Source: Acidimicrobium ferrooxidans (GTDB lineage Bacteria; Actinomycetota; Geothermincolia; Fen-727; Anoxymicrobiaceae). From it: a stretch of 64,000 bases of DNA. A program made the position numbers and the translations under genes. Shown in pieces: positions 1 through 8,517 of this stretch. Within the stretch, counting starts at the first letter, position 1, and each line of letters starts with the position of its first letter. The notes beneath the pieces are model-generated. The model had not been told where the DNA came from and made no database searches. It was given only the letters and a program-made list of their open reading frames with translations. The stretch spans positions 27,057 through 91,056 of the forward strand of contig DYIU01000004.1 in the NCBI GenBank assembly GCA_020723485.1, in the 5' to 3' direction.

Positions 1-333
1 GACCCGGAGGGGAGCTGGCGGTACGCGAACAGGCTGGCCGACGAGTACCTGCCGGTCTTCGAGCAGTGCCGCCGGGAGCTCGCGTCTCTCCGCCCGCGCC
101 TGGTATCCCTGGGGCCGGTCCCGTTGAGAGCGCCGCTCGAGATGCTCCTCGGGTCGTGCGACCTCCAGCTCGACGCCGCGGGCTCTTTCGTCCGGGCGCT
201 CCGCCTGGTGAGGGACTGCGACCCGATGACGGTCGGCCAGGCGCTCGAGCTCGCGCAGTCAGCCTCGTCCGGCATCGCCGAGGGCTCGGCGAGCCTCGAG
301 GGGGCCGTCGATTCCATCGCCCTGGTCCGCTGA
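1..333 (+). CDS. hypothetical protein, C-terminal fragment (5' end outside window)
   Basis: Open frame 1 from the window start to TGA at 331-333; GC3-rich codon usage; the ORF-track 124..333 entry is its tail. No recognisable motif. Confidence 0.35.
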   Translation, partial: DPEGSWRYANRLADEYLPVFEQCRRELASLRPRLVSLGPVPLRAPLEMLLGSCDLQLDAAGSFVRALRLVRDCDPMTVGQALELAQSASSGIAEGSASLEGAVDSIALVR

Positions 334-353
334 AGTCCCGCTGGAGGTCCTAC

Positions 354-923
354 ATGAAGAAGAAGGTCATCCTGCTCTCCGGCAGCCCGCGTGCGAACGG
401 CAACACCGCGCGGCTGCTCGCGGAGGCCGCCCGCGTGATGGAGGACGCCGGGGTAGAGACCGAGGTGGTGTCCCTGTCGGGGATGCGGGTCGCCTCATGC
501 ATAGCCTGCGGCAAATGTGAGGAGCTCGGCGAGTGCTCACAGGACGACGGCCTCAATGAAATCATCGCGAAACTGAAGGAAGCCCGCGGCTTCGTGGTCG
601 GTTCCCCTGTCTACTTCGGCACCGCGCGCGGTGACGTTACGGCCGCGCTCCAGCGGATAGGCATGGTCTCGAAGGCGAGCTCCGAGTTCCTCTCCCGGAT
701 GGTGGGCGGCCCGGTGGCGGTGGCGCGCAGGGGCGGCCACACCGCCACCATCCAGGAGCTGCTCATGTTCTTCCTGATAAACGACATGGTCGTGGCCGGC
801 TCCACCTACTGGAACATGGTGTTCGGCCGCCTCCCCGGCGAAGCGCTCTCCGACGAGGAGGGCGTGGACACGGTCCGCAGGTTCGCCGAGAACGTGGCCT
901 GGCTAATCAACGGGCTCTACTGA
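354..923 (+). CDS. NADPH-dependent FMN reductase-like / iron-sulfur flavoprotein (flavodoxin fold)
   Basis: True start ATG 354 (MKKKVILLSGSPRANGNTARL...); the 66..923 ORF-track N-terminus is an out-of-context extension overlapping the upstream gene. The LSGSPR..GNT loop and CxxC..C motif fit NADPH-dependent FMN reductase/ISF proteins. Confidence 0.7.
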   Translation: MKKKVILLSGSPRANGNTARLLAEAARVMEDAGVETEVVSLSGMRVASCIACGKCEELGECSQDDGLNEIIAKLKEARGFVVGSPVYFGTARGDVTAALQRIGMVSKASSEFLSRMVGGPVAVARRGGHTATIQELLMFFLINDMVVAGSTYWNMVFGRLPGEALSDEEGVDTVRRFAENVAWLINGLY

Positions 924-994
924 GCCGATAACCCATCGAAAGACGGTGTTCCGGGACGGGCCCTGGGCCCGCCGCTCTACCGAAAGGTGACAGG

Positions 995-1810
995 ATGTCT
1001 CGCGACCCTATCCTTGCTCCAAAAGGGGCCGGTCCAATCCAGAAACGCATCATCCGCCTGCTCGAGTTGGGCGTCCAGGGCTTTGCAAGGCTACCGTTCC
1101 TGGACAGGGTCCACCCCTGGATCCGCCCTGACAAGTCGAGCATACGGTGGCTCCCGATCAACCAGGACATACAGATGCCGGAGAACGCCCCGATGCCGCT
1201 GGAGCTCCTCTACCGCGTCATCGAGGAAGCGTCCCACCGGGTGATAATCGATTACTGCGGCTGCCGCCGCGGTTTCTCCTGCGAGCATTATCCTGTCGAT
1301 GTCGGCTGCCTCATGATGGGCGATTCCGCCCTGGAGATACGGAAGTTCCCTGGGAGGGAGGTCGGGGTCGATGAGGCTAAGGCCCACGCGCTCAGGGCCG
1401 TCGAAGCGGGCCTGGTCCCGGTAGTGGGCAAGGCGAGGCTCGACAATTTCATATTCGGGGTGAAGGACCGTGGCAAGCTCTTCACGACGTGTTTCTGCTG
1501 CGAGTGCTGCTGCGTGACCCGGTACACGGCGCTCAACAGCGCGGACCAGCTCGACGGCATATTCCCCCGCCTGGAAGGCGTCTCGCTCGAGGTCACCGAC
1601 CTCTGCAAGGGTTGCGGCAAATGCGTGGACCACTGCTATATCGGAGCAATAGAGATAGTCGACAAGCGCGCGGTCCTGGGTGAATACTGCAGGGCCTGCG
1701 GCCGCTGCGCTTCCGTATGCCCCCAGAATGCCATCGAGATACGCATCGAGGACCCGGAGTTCCTCGAGAAGACCTACGAGACCATCCGCTCCTACGTCAA
1801 GTACGACTGA
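995..1810 (+). CDS. 4Fe-4S ferredoxin-domain protein (Cys-rich, two CxxCxxCxxxCP motifs)
   Basis: RBS AAAGGTGA before ATG 995; motifs CKGCGKCVDHC and CRACGRCASVCP plus an extra Cys cluster CFCCECCC. Confidence 0.6.
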   Translation: MSRDPILAPKGAGPIQKRIIRLLELGVQGFARLPFLDRVHPWIRPDKSSIRWLPINQDIQMPENAPMPLELLYRVIEEASHRVIIDYCGCRRGFSCEHYPVDVGCLMMGDSALEIRKFPGREVGVDEAKAHALRAVEAGLVPVVGKARLDNFIFGVKDRGKLFTTCFCCECCCVTRYTALNSADQLDGIFPRLEGVSLEVTDLCKGCGKCVDHCYIGAIEIVDKRAVLGEYCRACGRCASVCPQNAIEIRIEDPEFLEKTYETIRSYVKYD

Positions 1811-1812
1811 CT

Positions 1813-4665
1813 TTACAGGGGGGTGCCGTCGACGCAGTCCGGCGCGGGCCAGCCCATGATCTGGTATACGGTCGGCGCGAGGTCCCCTATCCGCACCGGC
1901 TTCGCGCTCTCTGTGCCGGGAGCGTAGCCGGGATACCCCATCGGCGCCTTGAAGACGAGCGGTATGCGCCCGGTCGACAGGCCCCCGTGGAACGAGGGGA
2001 ATCCCATCTGCACGGTATCCGGAATGTTGCCCAGCGTGATTCCCACAGGATTGAAGCCGCCGGCGAGCACCTGGCCGTGCGTGCAGATGTTGTAGCGGTA
2101 CTGCGGGAACACGAACAGGTCGGCCCAGATGTGCCCCTCCGGCCCGCCCGGGTTGTTTATCCAGTACTCCGAGTAGAGTTCGCCCGGCAGGACCGTACCC
2201 ATCTCGCCGAAGTCCGCGCCGTCCTTCATCTCCTGCCGGTTGATCACCACCATCGGGCGAACCTCGCCGAGCTCCGGGTCGTCCACCACGTACTGTTCGA
2301 GAACCTGCTCTATCTGCGCGGTCTTCGCCGGGTCGGCGCACCAGATGACGCTTCCGGCTCCACCGGCCTCACGGTAGTCCTCGTTGTAGACAAACCCGTG
2401 CCTGCTCAGGATCTTTCGAAGGTCGAGCAGTTCGTAGCCGTTGTCCTGGTCCTTCACGTTCTCCATGCCGTGGTCTGAGAGCACCACGATTATGCTGTTG
2501 TCGTAGACGCCCCTTGCCTTCAGCAGGTCGAGGAACTCGCCGAACAGCACGTCCTCCTCGCGCGCGATGTCCAGGCACTCGTCGCGTTTCATCCAGGGGC
2601 TGTACTTGTTGATGTCGTCGGTCGCGGTTTCGGTCCCCCTTGTGTCCCACTCCTCCGGGTTCCATGATGAGCCTGTGAAGTGCCCGGTGTTGTCGAGGTC
2701 GGCGACGTTGATGTAGGCGACGTCCGGGTCCTCCTCGGCGATCGAGCGGAAGACCGAGCGGGCCAGGTGCCGGTCCTCGCTGTGGCTCCCGGGACCGAGG
2801 CCGAAGACAAGGCTGACGGGTATCGTGAAGAAGCCGAAGCCCAGCAGGAAGTTGAACTGCCCGAGCAGGGTCGGGATTATTATCTCTCTCGTCACGTCAG
2901 AGTACAGGTCCATGCTGAACGGGCCGGACATCGGGTCCCAGGGGTCCGAGTCAGTCACCGGGTCTCCCGCGACGTACTTCCGGGGGGGCGGGTAGAAGTA
3001 AGGCCAGGACTCGCTGTGGCCCTTTATCTCAACGGTCCTCTGGCACTCGAGCTCGGTCAGCCAGTTCTTGTTCGACCAGAAGCCGGTGACCGACTTGCCG
3101 CCCGTCTCTCGCTCCGCCACCTCGTAGATGCGCTCGATGGGCTTGCCCTCCGGGCCGTACTTCATCAGGTCCATCGAGTTTAGCGCGTTCATCGGCTCGT
3201 CGTGCTCTGTGAAGCCGCGCACAGTGCCGCCTACCAGGTATACGCCGGACGTCCCGGTGTACGTCCCTGCGAGAGCGTTGGTGTGGTTCATGTCCGTCGC
3301 GGTCGGGAGGAAGCTCCGGGCGTCGGTGAAGTTCGCCGCCTGGCTGAGGAAGTCGTGGTGATTGGGCATGAGCCAGTCGCCCTCGGAGCCGGGCCCGGTG
3401 CCGGACCTGTTCAGGTACATGTACTCCGGTTCCATGGAGTCCACCGACCAGAAATAGATGTTTCGCGTGGCCGTCACTTCGGCGGCCACCCTGACCGTCT
3501 CTCCGTCCCCGGAGCTCGAGGCCGCCGACACCGCCAACTCGAGCCTCTCCCCGGGAGGCGCGCCCACCGGCGCTTTTACGCTGAGCACCGCCTGCCTGGT
3601 CTCCGTCGGCTCGATGTCGGACATCGCCGCCGTGTCGAGCCCGACCTCCCAGCCGGGCGCTCCACCCGAGAAAGAAAGGCCGACGTCGATGGGGGCGGAC
3701 TCGAGGTTCGTCACGTGGAACACGAAGCTTGTGGACTCCCCGCCCATCAGCTGGTGCGCCGAGGGCCTGGGCCCATCGAGGTCGTTCGCGCAGTAGAGCA
3801 TGCCGGGATCGACCACCTTGAGGCTGACCGTGGAGGTCTCACCGGAGTAGGCTCCGGGCCCGAGCGTTATGTTCACCGTACCGGGGCTGTTCTTCGGTAG
3901 CGTCGCCTTCGGCGTCACCTCGGCCGTGACAGACACGTTGGCCGGGTACAGGTAGTTGCGGGTGAGGCCCCTGACATTTACGCTCGCCGCCTCTCCTCCG
4001 GGGCTGGAGAACTTCACGTCGCAGGGAAAATCCGCCGTGTATCCGAGTTTGTAGGTGTCCTCGGCCGCCCCCAGATTGGAAGCGTTGAAGTTCCACTGGA
4101 GCGGCGCCCCCACGAAGACCCGGGTCTCCGGCTCCTTGTATCCCTTACCGAAGAGCATGTCGCCAGACGACCTCTCGAGGAGCGGCTTCGAGGCCAGGGC
4201 CGTCACCTTGAGCCATACCCGGTGGAGCTCACTACCCCTCTTGCCGGTCACCTTTATCCAGCAATCGGTGCCGTCCGGCACGCTCGGGCTGGCGCACACG
4301 CCTACCCACCCCGATGCTACCCCGTCGGGACCGTCCGGCTTGTAGTAAGAGCCGATAAGCTTCACAGTGAAGCCAGGCTGGTCGCAGACCGCCGAAGCTC
4401 TCACAGTCTTGAGACTTCCGCCGCCGTTGATGTTGCGGACGTCGAGCGGGAACCAGGTGACAGTGCCGCCGGTCCTCGGTGAGATGACCTGTCGAGGGAA
4501 GATGCTGGCCAGCTCGAACGTGGCCTTGCCCGGCCCGAGCGCGCCGGCCGAGGCCGGCGACCTGGTGGCGGCCGGAATCATCACGAGGCAAAGCGCTGCA
4601 ACGAGCAGCAGGCACACGGATGACCGCACGGCGTTATGACACGAGAAGATTTCGCCCGCTCTCAT
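1813..4665 (-). CDS. secreted alkaline-phosphatase-superfamily protein (type I phosphodiesterase/nucleotide pyrophosphatase-like), 950 aa with N-terminal beta-rich domains
   Basis: N-terminal signal peptide (hydrophobic LLLVAALCLVMIPAA); C-terminal half carries the AlkP-core motif VVLSDHGM and metal-ligand Asp/His patterns; long uninterrupted ORF. Confidence 0.65.
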   Translation of the reverse strand: MRAGEIFSCHNAVRSSVCLLLVAALCLVMIPAATRSPASAGALGPGKATFELASIFPRQVISPRTGGTVTWFPLDVRNINGGGSLKTVRASAVCDQPGFTVKLIGSYYKPDGPDGVASGWVGVCASPSVPDGTDCWIKVTGKRGSELHRVWLKVTALASKPLLERSSGDMLFGKGYKEPETRVFVGAPLQWNFNASNLGAAEDTYKLGYTADFPCDVKFSSPGGEAASVNVRGLTRNYLYPANVSVTAEVTPKATLPKNSPGTVNITLGPGAYSGETSTVSLKVVDPGMLYCANDLDGPRPSAHQLMGGESTSFVFHVTNLESAPIDVGLSFSGGAPGWEVGLDTAAMSDIEPTETRQAVLSVKAPVGAPPGERLELAVSAASSSGDGETVRVAAEVTATRNIYFWSVDSMEPEYMYLNRSGTGPGSEGDWLMPNHHDFLSQAANFTDARSFLPTATDMNHTNALAGTYTGTSGVYLVGGTVRGFTEHDEPMNALNSMDLMKYGPEGKPIERIYEVAERETGGKSVTGFWSNKNWLTELECQRTVEIKGHSESWPYFYPPPRKYVAGDPVTDSDPWDPMSGPFSMDLYSDVTREIIIPTLLGQFNFLLGFGFFTIPVSLVFGLGPGSHSEDRHLARSVFRSIAEEDPDVAYINVADLDNTGHFTGSSWNPEEWDTRGTETATDDINKYSPWMKRDECLDIAREEDVLFGEFLDLLKARGVYDNSIIVVLSDHGMENVKDQDNGYELLDLRKILSRHGFVYNEDYREAGGAGSVIWCADPAKTAQIEQVLEQYVVDDPELGEVRPMVVINRQEMKDGADFGEMGTVLPGELYSEYWINNPGGPEGHIWADLFVFPQYRYNICTHGQVLAGGFNPVGITLGNIPDTVQMGFPSFHGGLSTGRIPLVFKAPMGYPGYAPGTESAKPVRIGDLAPTVYQIMGWPAPDCVDGTPL

Positions 4666-4818
4666 CGTTCTACCCCCCGGTCAGACCTCAAAAGGAAGGA
4701 TTCGGTCTAATAGTATTAACACCGGACGGGGCGCCGCAACATCCTCTCGGAAAATCACCCGAAAAGGTTACGTGCGTGAAGCAGGAGTCAGTCCATGGAG
4801 CGGGATGCGCGCGGGCCT

Positions 4819-5352
4819 CTAGTCCTCGAACCGCTCGACCATCTTCTGGTATTTCTCGTGGATGAGTATCCTGTCGAACTCGTCGAACTCGCTGAGCATG
4901 GAGTCCTGCTCCTCCCTGCTGAAGTACTCCTGGCAGGGGAAGAAGAACCGCTTGTCCTCCTTGAATATATGGGCGGGGTAGAACTCCACCAGGTCCCCGA
5001 GCGCCGATATCATCTCCAGGAGGGCGCCGGGCTCGCCGCCGGCGAACCTGTTCCTGGCGTCGACCAGCTGGCCGACCTTGCCCCTGCCGTAAACGTGGTC
5101 GTTCACCAGTTCCTCCATCATGGCCACCAGCTCCGGGGTCATGTCCTTTGCGGCCAGGTCCCTGAACAGGATGTCCTCCTCCTTGCCGTGGTGCGTCCTG
5201 TCGGCGTAGCTCCTGAAGAAATCCACACCTGCATCAACGAGGATGAAGTTCACCTCTTTTTCGGTCTTCATGCGGTCCAGCTCGGCGGCGAGAACCACCA
5301 CCATCCTCTCGATGAGCCTGTGCTCACGCATCAGCGGGCCGATGGGCTTCAT
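4819..5352 (-). CDS. hemerythrin HHE cation-binding domain protein
   Basis: N-terminal PIGPLMREHRLIE plus His/Glu-rich helices typical of hemerythrin-like domain proteins. Confidence 0.65.
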   Translation of the reverse strand: MKPIGPLMREHRLIERMVVVLAAELDRMKTEKEVNFILVDAGVDFFRSYADRTHHGKEEDILFRDLAAKDMTPELVAMMEELVNDHVYGRGKVGQLVDARNRFAGGEPGALLEMISALGDLVEFYPAHIFKEDKRFFFPCQEYFSREEQDSMLSEFDEFDRILIHEKYQKMVERFED

Positions 5353-5394
5353 GCGACATCTCCTCCAGGTCTGATAAGTGCGCTCCCCGGCGGC

Positions 5395-6150
5395 TTATTC
5401 CTTAACGCTGTCCAGCATTCCTGCCGCGCCGGCCATGCCTTCATCGGTGATCCACATCTCGAGCATGGGCTCCCCGCCCGCGATGACGCTCTCGATGCGC
5501 TCTATCGCGCCGCCCCTGACCTGCCTCTTTATCCGGTTATACGGCCCACGGGGCAGGCTCGCCATGTCGGTAGCGACCGCTATCGCGCGTTCGAGCACGT
5601 CGGCGGGTGGGTGCAGCTCGTCGAGGATGCCCCACTCGAGCGCGCGGTCCGGGGTCTGGTTCACGCCGGTCAACAGGAGCCGGCGGAATACCGGGTGGGA
5701 TAGCTCCTGCCGTAGCACCTCCAGTGTCGAGACGGGGAACGGTATGCCGACGCGGGCCTCGGTCACCCCCAGGGGATAGTCGCCCTCGGCTCCCACCCTG
5801 TAGTCGCAGCAGATCATCAGTATGAAGCCCCCCGCGTTGGCGGGGCCGTTGACCGCGGCGACCGTCGGCCGGGGCGCAGCGAAGGTCTCGGTTATGACCT
5901 TGTTCACCAGGTTGATGTACTCATGCTGGCGCTCGACCCCGTAGAACGGGACGGCCTTGAGGTCGAGGCCGGCACAGAAGCACCTCCCGGCCCCGGTCAG
6001 GACTATCGCCCCGATGCTGTCATCCGCATAGAGCTCGGACATCGCCGCGTCCGCTTCCTTCAGTATCTCCAGGTCGATGGCGTTGACCGGCGGCCTGTCC
6101 AGGGTCAGGACCGCCACGGCACCGACGCGTTCCACCCTGATGAATTCCAT
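5395..6150 (-). CDS. enoyl-CoA hydratase/isomerase (crotonase family)
   Basis: VAVLTLDRPPVNAID...GAGRCFCAGLDLK crotonase oxyanion-hole signature. Confidence 0.8.
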   Translation of the reverse strand: MEFIRVERVGAVAVLTLDRPPVNAIDLEILKEADAAMSELYADDSIGAIVLTGAGRCFCAGLDLKAVPFYGVERQHEYINLVNKVITETFAAPRPTVAAVNGPANAGGFILMICCDYRVGAEGDYPLGVTEARVGIPFPVSTLEVLRQELSHPVFRRLLLTGVNQTPDRALEWGILDELHPPADVLERAIAVATDMASLPRGPYNRIKRQVRGGAIERIESVIAGGEPMLEMWITDEGMAGAAGMLDSVKE

Positions 6151-6173
6151 CGTCTCCTCCCTTTCACCGCCCG

Positions 6174-7076
6174 GTGGGCCTGTCGTTCCAGCTGCACTCT
6201 AAAGTCTATACAATCTGCCGCCTCGAATGCTCCCGGCCGCGGAATTGGTTTAGACTAGGGGCGGAGCGGACGGACCGGAAGAAGGCGAGGCAGGCATTGG
6301 ACCTGAGGGAAGAGCTCGAATCCAGGGCCGGGACCCCGGTCTTCGGGGTCGCGGACGCGGCCTCGTACGGGGCGAAAGCGCCCGAGGGGCACCGGCCGTC
6401 TGATTTCATGAGGGAGGCGCGCTCAATAGTGCTTGTCGGCGAGCGGATGCTCGACGCCCCGCTCGACGGCATTCCCGTGACGCGCCAGGAATATACCGCG
6501 AACTTCCACGTCGCCAACGACCGGCTGAATCACGTGCTCTTCGAGCTCGCCGGTGTCCTCCAGGCGGAGGGCTACAGGGCGTTCCCGGTGCCTTACAAGG
6601 AGATGCCCGGGTGGAACCTCGAGGGCCGCTCTCCGCTCGCGCTCAAGCTGCTCCGGCACGTGATGACCGCGCAGCGGGCCAGGCCCCTCGTGGAGGCCTC
6701 CCTCTGGGACAACCTCTCCTACCGGCACATGGCCGTCGAGGCCGGGCTGGGGGAACTGGGCCTCAACAACCTCCTCCTGCACCCGGAGCACGGGCCGCGG
6801 GTGCGGTTCGTCGCCCTGCTGACCGACGCGGAGATGCAGGCGGGTTCGCCGCTGGAGCCGGCTCTCTGCCGCCCGGAGCTCTGCGGGCACGCGTGCGCGA
6901 GGGCATGCCCCGCCGGCGCGCTGAGCGAGGAGGGCGGCCGTACCGACAGGCCGGCCTGCCTCAAGTACTACATCAAGCTCGGGATACCGGGTCAGAGCGG
7001 CGTGCGCTGCGGGCTGTGCGTCGCGAAGTGCCCCGTGTACCGGGCCTCCTTCCGCGACGCAGCCGCCAGCCGCTGA
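6174..7076 (+). CDS. epoxyqueuosine-reductase (QueG)-like 4Fe-4S protein lacking the C-terminal HEAT domain
   Basis: Central region aligns with QueG DUF1730 (AVEAGLGELGLNNLLLHPEHGPRVRFVALLTDAEM) followed by CGHACARACPAGAL and CGLCVAKCP cluster motifs. The first ~40 codons look non-native; a TTG at 6297 with GGCGAGG RBS is a plausible true start. Confidence 0.5.
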   Translation: MGLSFQLHSKVYTICRLECSRPRNWFRLGAERTDRKKARQALDLREELESRAGTPVFGVADAASYGAKAPEGHRPSDFMREARSIVLVGERMLDAPLDGIPVTRQEYTANFHVANDRLNHVLFELAGVLQAEGYRAFPVPYKEMPGWNLEGRSPLALKLLRHVMTAQRARPLVEASLWDNLSYRHMAVEAGLGELGLNNLLLHPEHGPRVRFVALLTDAEMQAGSPLEPALCRPELCGHACARACPAGALSEEGGRTDRPACLKYYIKLGIPGQSGVRCGLCVAKCPVYRASFRDAAASR

Positions 7077-7234
7077 CTGAGGGCTGATGCCGGGGGACGC
7101 ACGCTCTTCGAGAGCAGACCGACGATGACCATCCGCATCCGCAATCTCGTCTTATCCCTTTTGCAGGTCCTTAAAGGAGGGTAGAATCCTTCCTGCGGTC
7201 TGACATCCTTGGTTCTCGAAAGAAGTGATCTCCG

Positions 7235-7924
7235 GTGGAGTGTCCAAAGTGCTCGACGGACCTACCTGAGGGGACCCTCGGCTGCCCCATGTGTGGGGAA
7301 CCTGTAGGAAGAACGGCCGGCCCGCCGGCGCTGCCTGAGCTGCAGAAGACGACGAGACCCGCCGAGCCCGCCGAGACATCGGGCCCTTCGCAGTCCTCTC
7401 AGGAATATATCGCTCCCGGGGAGATCTCACGCCCCGCTTCGCGGCCGGAGAAGCGCGGTCTCTCCCTGGTAGAAGAGAGAAAGAGGTTGGGGCTCATCCT
7501 GGTCGCCGTTCTTCTGTCGGTTGTTGTCGCAATCGGGGGCATTGTCTACTGGCGAACCCGCGAGAGACCTTTGAACACCGTTCAGCAGTTCTGGTTCTGG
7601 GCGAACCATTCGAACCTGGAGGAGGTGTTCGCGTGCTGGACGCCAGAGTACCTCGCCCGGCACCCAGAGATCGAGCAGCAGGTGCTGGGCGCTTTCGATA
7701 AGCCTACCAACGAGGGCAATTTTATCGGCACCCGTGTATGCACGAACAGCTACCAGGACCTGATGTACGACATCCAGCAGACCGGTCCGATAGCACTGGC
7801 CATCACCTATGCTCCCGGTGAGGTCACCGGTAACGCCAGGACCACCAAAGCCAAACTCTCAGAGATGATCCTCATCAAACAGGGCGGGAAGTGGTATATC
7901 ACTACCCTCAAGCTGTTCTGGTAG
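7235..7924 (+). CDS. zinc-ribbon domain membrane-anchored protein with extracytoplasmic domain
   Basis: GTG start; N-terminal CPKC...CPMC zinc ribbon, Pro/Ser-rich linker, one TM helix (LILVAVLLSVVVAIGGIVYW), then a ~120-aa domain. Slightly lower GC than neighbours. Confidence 0.45.
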   Translation: MECPKCSTDLPEGTLGCPMCGEPVGRTAGPPALPELQKTTRPAEPAETSGPSQSSQEYIAPGEISRPASRPEKRGLSLVEERKRLGLILVAVLLSVVVAIGGIVYWRTRERPLNTVQQFWFWANHSNLEEVFACWTPEYLARHPEIEQQVLGAFDKPTNEGNFIGTRVCTNSYQDLMYDIQQTGPIALAITYAPGEVTGNARTTKAKLSEMILIKQGGKWYITTLKLFW

Positions 7925-7933
7925 GCTGATCCT

Positions 7934-8452
7934 TCACTCCTGGTGGTCTCCCCCGCCGGTGACGTAGGCGTACACGCCGTGTGAGAAGAGCACGAATCCC
8001 AGTTCCGCCTGGACGTACCGCCTCGCCGCCGCCACGTCCTCGGGGTCGTAACCGGTCGCGGCCATCACCCTCGCGAACCGCTCCTGGAGCTCATCCGCGA
8101 CCGCCCTGGTCACGAACTCGACCACCTTGTCGGCGCTTCCCATCGCGATGGCGTCTTCCGCCAGCGGGACCACCGGCCCCCAGTCCAGGCCCTCGGGCTT
8201 CAAGCCCGTGTAAGAGGCGCCCTCACCTTCGCGGTGGAGCCTGACCGCGGTCTCGAAGAACCACAGGTCCGAGACCTCCGCCGCCTTTGGAGCCAGGCTC
8301 CGGGTCTCGTACGCCTTCTCGAAGGCGCTCTCGAGCTCCTCCTGTTGCGCTTCGGCAACCCACGGAAGGATAAGGTGGACCTCGCCTGTCTCCAGCGCGC
8401 GCTTCGCGGCTTTTACCACCGGTCCGTCCAGAGTGTCGCAATGCGGCGGCAT
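7934..8452 (-). CDS. conserved hypothetical protein
   Basis: 172-aa ORF with genome-typical codon usage directly downstream of the ADP-forming acetyl-CoA synthetase gene; no identifiable motif. Confidence 0.4.
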   Translation of the reverse strand: MPPHCDTLDGPVVKAAKRALETGEVHLILPWVAEAQQEELESAFEKAYETRSLAPKAAEVSDLWFFETAVRLHREGEGASYTGLKPEGLDWGPVVPLAEDAIAMGSADKVVEFVTRAVADELQERFARVMAATGYDPEDVAAARRYVQAELGFVLFSHGVYAYVTGGGDHQE

Positions 8453-8517
8453 AAGACGTTCACCTCCCCGGCGCGGCGCAGTACCGCGCGCTGTAACGCA
8501 TGTCCGGGTGTGGATTT

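Noticed and set aside
66-923. N-terminal extensions of ORF-track entries at 66 (flavoprotein), 11953 (rSAM), 17686 (DUF819), 22818, 26190 (hrb), 27358 (fprA), 34371 (dgt), 34886 (flavoprotein), 37885 (ppdK), 56501 (mreB) and 59298 (TetR)
   Set aside because: In each case an internal ATG or GTG preceded by a good AGGAGG-like RBS begins the conserved domain. The upstream extension is low-complexity and overlaps the neighbouring gene or regulatory DNA, so the shorter coordinates were used.
4666-4700. Possible short GGTCAGACC...GGTCTA copy of the palindromic element family at the start of the AlkP-family gene
   Set aside because: Only 5 nt of each arm can pair and the sequence lacks the GGGTCAGACCACTTTCG arm. 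This is most likely a chance match in the promoter region.
5378-5779. Small ORFs inside or antisense to the enoyl-CoA hydratase and hemerythrin genes (5378..5779+, 5607..5825+, 4795..5703+)
   Set aside because: Fully nested in better-supported genes on the opposite strand, with no RBS and low-complexity Arg/Ser/Pro translation.
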